Shown here in pieces: positions 55,601 to 64,000 of a DNA stretch of 64,000 bases. Source of the stretch: the human T2T-CHM13v2.0 reference genome, Homo sapiens; the NCBI RefSeq assembly GCF_009914755.1, contig NC_060947.1; one strand, given 5' to 3'. Both the position numbers and the translations under genes were made by a program. A model generated the notes under the pieces. The model ran no database searches, was not told the DNA's origin, and was given only the letters and a program-made list of their open reading frames with translations. How positions within the stretch are numbered: the first letter of the stretch is position 1; every line of letters starts with the position of its first letter.

Positions 55601-58600
55601 TGTCCCCTGGTTGATTCTACAAAAAGAGTGTTTTCCACCTGCTGAGTCAAAATGAAGGTTTAACTCTGTGAGATGAATCCACATATCACCAAGCAGTTTC
55701 ACAGATAGCTTCTTTCTAGTTTTTATCTGGGGATATTCAGCTTTTCCCCATAGGCCTCAATGGGCTCCCAAATGTTTCTCTACAAATTCTACAAAAAGAG
55801 TGTTTCCAACTGGCTGAAAGAAAAGAATTGTTTAACTCTGTGAGATGAATCCACACATCACAAAGCAGTTTCACAAATGGCTTCATTCTGGTTTTTATCA
55901 GGGCATATTTTATTTTTCCTGATAGGAGTCAACAGACTCCCAAATGTCCCTTTGCAGATTCTACAAGAAAAGTATTTACAACGTGCTGAATCAAAAGAAA
56001 GGTTTACCTCTGAAAGATGAATTCTCACATCACCAAACATTTTCACAGATAGTTTCTTTCTATTTTTTATCTGGGGATATTCTGTTTTGTTCCCAGAGGT
56101 CTCAATGGGGTCCAAAATGTCCCTTCACAGATTCTACAAAAAGAGAGTCTCCATACTGCTGAATCAAAGAAAAGTTTCACTTTGTGAGATGAATCCACAC
56201 ATCACAAAGCAGTTTCACAGATATTTTCTTTTTGATTTTTATCCAAGGATATTTGTTTTTTTCTCATAGGCCTCCATGTTCTATCAAATATCTTCACAGA
56301 TTCTACAAAAAGAGTGTTTCCAAATTGCTGAATCAAAAGAAATATTTAACTCTGTGAGATGAATCCACACGTAACAAAGCATTTTCCCAGACAGCATCTT
56401 TCTACTTTTTATCAGGTGATATTCGGTTTTTCCCCATAAGCCTTAATGGGCTTCCTAAAGTCCCTTCACAGATTCTACCAAAAACAGCTTATTTCTAGAT
56501 TTTCTTTGAGTTTATTCAGTTTTTCCCTATAGGCCTCAATGGGCTCTTAAACGTCCCTTCACAGACTCTACAAAAAGAGTTTTTCTGACCTGTTGAACCA
56601 AAAGAAAGCTTTAACTCTATGAGATGAATCCAGCTATCATAAACCAGTTTCACAGATAGTTTCTTTCTAGTTTTTATCTGAGGATATTCAGTTTTTCTCC
56701 ATAGGCCTCAATGGGCTCCAAAATATCCTTGGCAGATTCTACAAAAAGTGTTTACAACATGTTGAATCAATAGAAAGCTGTAAGTCTGTGAGATCAAGGG
56801 AAATATAACAAAGCATTTTCACATATGCCTTCTTTCTAGTTTTTATCTGGGGATATTTTGCAGATTCTACAAAAATAGTGTTTCCAACCTGTGGAATGAA
56901 AAGAAAGGTTTAACTCTGTGAGATGAATCCACACATCACCAAATAGATTCACAGATAGATAGTTTTTTTCTAGTTTTTATATGTGGATATTCGATTTTCC
57001 CCCAGGCCTCAATGGGCTGCAAAAATTCACTTCACTAGTTCTGCAAAATAAATGTTTCTAAACTGCTCAATCAAAAGTAAGGTTTAACTCTGTGAGATGA
57101 ATCCATACATCACAAAGCATTTTCACAGATGGCTTCCTTTGAATTTTTATCTGTGGATATTCTGTTTTTCCATGGGCCTCAATCAGCACCCAAATGTCCC
57201 TTCACAGATTCTACAAAAAGAGAGTTTCCAACCCACTGAATCAAAAGAAAGTTTAGCTCTGAGATGAATAAGCACATCACTAAGCAGTCTCTCAGATATC
57301 TTCTTTCTAGTTTTTACCTGGGGATATTCCATTTTTTCCCATAGGCCTCAGTGGTCTTCAAAATGTTCCTTCACAGATTCTACAAAAAGCGTGTTTGCAA
57401 CCTGCAGAATCAAAACAAAGTTTTAATTCTGTGAGATGAATCCACACATCACCAAGCAGTTTCGCATATAGGTTCTCTTCAGTTTTTATCTGGAAATATT
57501 CCGTTTTTCCCCACAGGCCTCAATTGGCTCTGAAATTACCCTTTGCAGAGTCTACATAAAGAGTGTTTCCAACCTGATGAATCAAAAGGAAGTTATAAAT
57601 CTGTGAGATGACTCCACCTATCACAAAGCAGTTTCACACACAGCTCCTTTCTAGTTTTTATCTTGGGATTTTTGGTTTTTTCCCATATGCGTCAATGGGC
57701 TTTGAAATGTCCCTTTGCAGATTCTACAAAAAGAATGTTTTCAACCTGATGAATCAAAAGAAAGGTTAAACTTTCTGAGATGAATCAACACTTCACAAAG
57801 CAGTTTCACAGATAGCTTCTTTCTAATTTCTATCCGGGGATATTCTTCTTTTCCACATAATCGTCAATGGGCTCTGAAAACTCCCTTGGCAGTTTCTACT
57901 AAAAGAGTGTTTCCAGCTTGCTGATTCAAAAGAAAGTTTTAACTCTTTGAGATGAATAAACACATCACAAAGCAATTTCACAGATAGCTTCTTTCTAGTT
58001 GGTATCTGTGGATACTCTGTTTTCCCCATAGTCTGAAATGGGCTCCCAAATGCCCCTTTGCAGAATCTACAAAAAGAGTGTTTCCAACCTGCTGAATGAA
58101 AAAGAAGCTTTAAGTTAGTGAGTTGAATACCCACATCAAAGAGCAGTTTCACAGATAGCTTTGTTCTAGTTTTTATCTGGGGTACTCTCTTTGTCCCCAT
58201 AAACCTTAATGGGCTCCAAAAAATCTCTACTCATATACTACAGAAAGTGTGTTCCCTCCCTGCTGAATCAAAAGAAAAGTTAAACTCTTTGAGATGAATC
58301 AACACTTCACAAAGCAGTTTCACAGATAACTTCTTTCTAGTTTGTATCTAAGATATTCAGTTTTTCCCTGTAGGCCTCAATTGGCTCCTAAATGTCTCTT
58401 TGCAGGTTCTATAAAGAGTGTTTCTAACCTGCTTAATCAAAAAATTTGTAACTCTTTGCAATGAATTGACACATTGCCAAGCAGTTTCACAGATAGCATC
58501 TTTCTAGTTTTTATCTAGAGGTATTCAGTTTTTCCCATAGGCTTCAGTAGTCTCTCAAATGTCCCTTTGCAGATTTTACAAAAATAATGTTTCCAAACTG

Positions 58601-58697
58601 CTGAATCAAAAGAACAGTTTACCTCTGTGAGATGAATCCACAAATCACCAAGCAGTTTCACAGATAGCTTCTTTCTAGTTTTTAACTTGGAATACTT
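51170..58697 (-). repeat. Inverted monomeric alpha-satellite, most diverged 172-bp stratum
   Basis: Distinct consensus: gatgaatCcacacatcac...gtttcACagaTagcttctttctagtttttatCTGGGgatattc...ggcctcaaTGGGctcccaaatGtccc...ccaaCctgctGaatc. Period is 172 (agatgaatcc at 55671 and 55843), with many indels. Confidence 0.95.
52585..52666 (+). repeat. (TTTC)n microsatellite, about 20 units, inside an alpha monomer
   Basis: Direct reading of near-perfect tttc repeats. Confidence 0.97.
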
Positions 58698-59541
58698 TGT
58701 CCACAATACAACAGGGCTCTCTCTTTGTCCCAAGGTGGATCAGCAGGTTGAGAAATAAGTGATACACACAAAAGAGTGAGAACACTGGGTCCAGGGAGGT
58801 CACTGCCTTCTGGTCTTGTGATGTCACCAATTCGCTGGATATACCAGCAATTATTATCAGGTTTAGTGAGGAAAGTGGTGAAAGAGTGAGGGGTTTGGGG
58901 TAGTATGATCATGGGGTGTGGTGATCACATGGGGATGAAGTAACTTCTTGTCATCCAAAGTATAGGTTTACAAAAGACAAACTTTTACAATATAGTGTGT
59001 GAGTCACCAGTTTAACAGAGCCATAAAGTAGGAACAACATCTACCCATAACTTATGTTTAGCAAGATACTAATCAGCAGCAGCAGCTGCAGCAGAAGCTG
59101 GTTTCAGGCAATCAATAACAACAGGACGTGAAACTAGACAACTGGTTAGACCACAAATTCTCAGAAGCCAGTAGGCTTTAACCCCAAAGAGGCCTAGAAG
59201 GGCTGTGGTACCATAAGGGCATTTTAGCTCCATCTTATCCCTGAGAAGAGGCACCACTCATGCTTCCATTTTAGGCTCTTCTCAAGGGTCGCCTTCCATT
59301 CTCAGAGCTATGAACACCTGCTTTTCTGTGATAGGAATCTTGGTGATGTGAAACCTCCTGATCTGCGTGTCCGTTTATAGGCTTTCTGCAGTGGTAAGCA
59401 CATCACTTGCTCTTGGCTCATTCTGGCAGTCCAACCACATATTGTCTTTGCAACATTCCTGTATTCAATATTTTATTTACAACGATTAAGAACGTTTCAT
59501 TCCTTCATTCTGTAGAAACAGTTTCAGGGGGTGTCCCTACA
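58698..59541 (-). mobile_element. 3' LTR of HERV-K-class provirus, resembles MER11D (HML7)
   Basis: On the minus strand it begins TGTAGGGACACCCCCTGAAAC directly after a polypurine tract and ends ...TGTGGACA at the alpha junction, ~844 bp. The sequence (GGTTGGACTGCCAGAA, GGAGGTTTCACATCACCAAGATTCCTATC) matches my recollection of MER11D. Confidence 0.85.
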
Positions 59542-61715
59542 TCTCCCCCTTTGCTCTGATTTAAATGAACCATAGCAATCATTGCTTGACGGTGATCATG
59601 GTTAGATTGATGGATCCTTTTTCCAATCTTACAGATAATCAATAAACCAATAGCACAGAATATGCATAGAATAAAATTTACAACTTTAGAACCTCCTAAG
59701 GATTTTACCCATTGAACAAGATTCAGGTTAGATAATCCTTCAGAAATACCATCTAATACTTCAGCACCTGGCAAGGCCTTTAGATGTGCTTGAGAGGCCT
59801 CAAAAATTTGTCCTTTCAATTTACTAATATCTCAACGTAAATTATCTCCACTTCCTTTTAAATAGCATTTCATGGATTCTCAATTATGAACAGACTCATT
59901 GTATTGAAAAGGTGTTATACAAAAATCAGAAGTATTCCAATCACATTGCATTTGTAGTCTATGTTCTAAACTCATAATTCTATCTCTCATCCATATTATA
60001 GTTTGTCTTAAATCATTAATTTGGTTGGCCAACTTTTGATCAACACCTGATTGAGAATTCCACATTCAGGTAGAATTTTTTTGCCATTTGCCCACAAAGT
60101 GAACAGTTTGGATAGATTGATCTAATGTAACTCCAGCCATGGCTGCCGTTGCTGTGACTGCAATTAGACCCATAACTACTGCAATTAGAGTGAAAATAAA
60201 CCACCTACTTCATTTTAAAATTTTTTGTAAAATATAGTTAATAACATGAATAGAGGGAGAAGATTCCCAAAGTCGATGTAAGACTACTGGGAGCCATGTG
60301 CCTTCCCTAGTTCTAACAATAAGCACACTATGATGTTGATTAAAAGACAAATCAACACAAGTATACAAATAACAATTAGTACAGGTGATAATATTAGTCT
60401 CTAAACTAAAATGCATTTTCCTGCCAACAACATATATGAGGGTTTAACACAGCTTTTAAGAGGTACTGTTTTGTTATATTCCATGTACACAGTATAAATA
60501 TTTTGAGATGTTGTTCTTTGGGGACGTACTGTAAGGGGAGCAGGCTGCATAAGGGGTGGAAAATGTGCATTATAAACAGGGGGGTATTGATCTTCGTAGT
60601 CCTCATTATCCCATTTTTGAATTGACCTTTTAACAACAGACATCATTATGTTTTTTGCTGTATGTGAATAATAATGTAAATCAATTTGTTTTCTAAGTTG
60701 TCAAGGTGATGTGGTAGATTTACTGATAACACTTTCTCTGGCCCAAACTCTCATGCCTGTCATGGCAATAGTCAATCTCCAAAATTCTGAATGTTCACGT
60801 CCTAAATGGGGAATGATAAGTCTGGGTTTAGGAGGAGCAATTCCTGCCCCTTTCCACTTAAAAAGAAAGAAAGAGTTAAACCTACTATATAATATGGGAG
60901 AATTGTCACTACCTTCTCAATATGTGATATCATAAAGAAAATGGTTGAGAGTCCCTTTGACCTTGTGAACAATCATTTGTATGATGTCCTTTCAGGGTCC
61001 AATCTATAATAGTATAGCCAGAAGGGTTAAATAAAAGTGTTCCTTCAGGACTGATACAATCATTCCATATTAGCTTTTCAGTGTGGGAAGACAAATTAAG
61101 AGGGCATGCAGGTCCTAGAGGTTTGAATTTTGAAGTATGGATATAATCAGCAATTCCTATTTTATATTGTCTTAAAGGTTTTAGAGAGAGTCCTGATACT
61201 AAATGTCCTAAAGGGGGAACAGAATGACCAGATGGTAATGTAACTGCCCAGGTCTGAATATCTAATGGGAGGCATCCTTCTGTTGGTCCTAAACATAGAG
61301 GTGGGTATTTAAAACCTAGAGTAATATTGAATGGGATACCTTCCTCGGAAGTTTGAGTGGGACAATGATCATCTATGTAACCAGGCATCCAAATACTATC
61401 ATCATTAACATAAACTTCAATAGGACCATCCATCCGTGTCATAGCTCTGATAAGTGGGGGGAAAGGAACATAGGCCCAATAAGTATAGTTCTTAACAGTC
61501 TGTGGAGTGACTGGAGGCAGGAGAATCAGCGTCATCAGGAGAAGGCAGAGGTTGAGTCGAACCTGAATTGCTGGGGATGAATTGTTTGGGATAGCTGACT
61601 GAATTGTCTGTTGTAGGCGAGTGGTTATCCTCATCTTTTTGTTGACTGAGGGTCTCAGCTGACTCTTGTTGCAGCGTCTTTTCAGTAGTCTTTTACGTCT
61701 TTTGATCACGTACAT
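59505..61715 (-). pseudogene. env: HERV-K (betaretrovirus-like) env, disrupted
   Basis: ORF 60930-61715 has a signal peptide and NYTYWAYVPFPPLIR. Further fragments are SCVKPSYMLLAG, CTNCYLYTC and LHRLWESSPSIH. The fusion peptide [19 protein letters not shown] is readable at ~60145-60200. TM fragments are [14 protein letters not shown]...[16 protein letters not shown] and QIFEASQAHL. Several stops and frameshifts. Confidence 0.95.
59542..59552 (-). other. Retroviral polypurine tract
   Basis: Minus strand AAAGGGGGAGA immediately precedes the TG start of the LTR. Confidence 0.9.
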
Positions 61716-64000
61716 TTTCAGGGCACAATTTCAAGTGTCTAGTGGGGATCCAAATGGGAGATTGATGTTCACCTGGGGAGACACAATCATAGCCTCTTTC
61801 CCACGTAAGAATAGTGCTTTTTGACCATTTGTTGGATTGAGTATCTTCCACCATACTTCCCACCCTTGATTTACATTAGAGCAGTTAGCAGAGAAATGTT
61901 TTTCAGCAGCAATGACAGAACTGGATTTAGAGATATTAAGAAAATTTAACGTTAGTAATGCCAAATTTAATTGCAAGTGTGGGGTGGATAACTCCTTATC
62001 ACTTCCCCTTTTTTGTTTAAGTAATTGTAGCTTTAACGTCCTGTTGCTCCTTTTCTACAATGGCTTGACCTTGTAGATTATAGGGAATTCCAGTAATAGG
62101 TTTAATATCCCATTGATCGAGAAAAATTTTGAAAGCCTTGCTGCAATATGCAGGGCCATTGTCTGTTTTGATTTCTCTTGCAACTCCCATAACTGCAAAA
62201 CAAGACAACAAATGTCTTTTAACATGAGAAACAGTTTCTCTTGTTTGACAAGTAGCCCAGATGAAGTTTGAAAAGGTGTCTACCAACACATGAACATAAG
62301 CTAATTTCCCAAAAGAAGGAACATGAGTAACATCCATTTGGCAGATTACATTAGGAGAAAGACCACAAGGATTGACACCGGGAGATTGTGTAGGTAGACC
62401 AACCACCTGACACTGAGAGCAGTTTTGGATGATATGTTTTGCCTGTTTTCAACTAAAAGAGTATTTATGTTTAAGGCCTGACACATTGGTATGAATAAGC
62501 TGATGAAACTGTGTGGCATCAGTGAAGGCTAGGGAAACAAGAGCATCTATTTTTTGATTGCCATTGGATAAGGGTCCAGGCAAATTGGTATGAGAAGGGA
62601 TATGAGCAATGAAAAAGGCGTGATTTCTATCTCTGACCACTTGTTGTAATGAAGAAAACAGAGAAGACAGATTGGTGTCAGTGATATTTTTTATAGTAGC
62701 TGTTTCTATGGCTTTGGTAGCATGAATAACATAAGCTGAGTCAGATACAATGTTAAGAGGCTGATCGAAATCTTGCAATGTTGTTATAACAGCAAATAAT
62801 TCAGCCTTCTGAACAGAGGTGTGAGGAATAGAAATGACTTTATCTTTTGGCCTACATATCCAGCCTTTCCATCACCAGATCTGTCAGTGAACAGTGTAAA
62901 TCTCCCTCTAATGGAGAAAGACAAATAATTTTGGCAGAATCCAAAAAGTATTTCGTAAAAACTGGAAGAATTTTGACTTGGGTAAGTGATGATAGTCTAT
63001 TGGCCAACGAAATCATCCGAATTAGTTTGCCAACATAGGGAAGTAGAAAAGGCATTTTTTTACTTAACTTTTTTGACAGAGGGACCACAATAACATTAGG
63101 ATCAAGACCAGAAATTTTAACAATATGTTGTCGTCCTAATCCAATTGATGTAGAAATTTGATCAAGATATACTGAAAGAGTTTTAGAGGCAGAATTTGGG
63201 AAAAATACCCATTCAATTAAGGAATCATTTTGTGCTATAAGTCCTGTTGGAGAGTGAAGAGTAGGAAAAACTAAAAATTGTAAAGTTTGATTTGGATCTG
63301 TATGGAAATGAAACAGTTGGTTTGGACCTGTGTCATACAAGTCAAAAAGGTTGGTTTGGACCAGTTCCGTACAGATCCATACAAGATCTGTATGGAAACC
63401 AAAAGTCTGGTTTGGACCTGTGCCTCTCTTACCCTTTGTTCTGCAAAAGCCAACCCTCAATTAGCTGGTTCAGAAAGAACGTGAGGGTCATTTAGATCTG
63501 GATCTTCTGATAAGGTAGCAAATAAGTTGGAAACAGCATAGGTATAAATTGCTAATGTTGGTCTTAAATAATTAATGTCACTGAGTAATTTTTGAAAATC
63601 ATTTGAAGTTTTTAAATTGTCTGTACGAAGTTGTATTTTTTGAGACTTAATAGAGGAAATTCGATTTGCATTCCTAAGTAAAGATATGGGGTAACTTGTT
63701 GAATTTTGTCAGGAGAAATGTAGAGTCCTGCATTAGCAATGGCTGCTTTTAAAGAAGTAAAGCAAGGAATTAATTTTTCTTTAGTAGGAGCAGCAATCAG
63801 TGTCCATATAATGAAGAACGTAATTATCTTGGAAGGCCTGTCAGATAGATAGGTTGTAATACAGTGCCCACAAAAAACTCACAAATAAATAATAAGACTG
63901 TTAATCATTCCTTGAGGTAAAATTTTCCACCGGAACCTAGCTGCAGGAGCTGTTATTTATAGAAGCCATAGTAAAAGCAAACTTTTCACAATCTGATTTG
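61693..64000 (-). pseudogene. pol: HERV-K pol (RT partial, connection, RNase H, integrase), disrupted; continues beyond window
   Basis: RT WKILPQGMINS at ~63900-63930 and HYMD at ~63802-63813. RNase H LNIVSDSAY and HIPSHTNLPG (62449-62778). Integrase [15 protein letters not shown] and [13 protein letters not shown] (62017-62406). Multiple frameshifts. Confidence 0.95.

Larger units (their letters stand above)
58698..64000 (-). mobile_element. Defective endogenous retrovirus, HERV-K class (likely HML7/HERVK11D), 3' half
   Basis: Colinear pol-env-PPT-LTR order on the minus strand, inserted in alpha-satellite. Confidence 0.93.

Noticed and set aside
59074-59094. Short CAG run giving poly-Ala ORF in the LTR
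   Set aside because: Very short, interrupted, and within LTR sequence.
59374-59379. TATAAA on the LTR strand as promoter
   Set aside because: Lies only ~160 bp from the LTR start and I cannot establish the U3/R boundary, so it is not supportable.
62852-63495. Cluster of overlapping ORFs on both strands, including a 202-aa ORF with repetitive N-terminus
   Set aside because: Produced by the mosaic insertion fused to a pol connection-domain frame. No evidence of a real gene.

Overview
Primate (probably human or other hominoid) pericentromeric heterochromatin with no host genes. About 85% of the window is monomeric, diverged alpha-satellite in successive sequence strata, and I saw no canonical CENP-B box. 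The strata are: a 171-bp stratum (1-~22.9 kb); 172-bp strata (~22.9-44.1 kb, + orientation); an inversion at ~44.12 kb; inverted 172-bp strata (44.1-50.76 kb); and a more diverged inverted 172-bp stratum (51.2-58.7 kb). Inserted elements are a 3.6-kb 5'-truncated L1PA2/3-like LINE-1, a ~135-bp L1 3' end, a ~270-bp older (L1PA5-like) 3' fragment, and the 3' half of a defective HERV-K-class provirus (LTR resembling MER11D/HML7, env, pol) that runs off the right edge. The short ORFs over the satellite are spurious. I found no credible new protein-coding system. The most unusual signals are junction architectures. One is a young-type, opposite-strand alpha monomer captured between inverted 10-mers at the L1-marked boundary of two old strata. 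Others are a palindrome plus duplication at the inversion breakpoint and a ~125-bp mosaic templated insertion inside HERV pol. Relic multi-monomer (HOR-like) duplications also occur. Subfamily names are from memory of consensus sequences and need confirmation by alignment.
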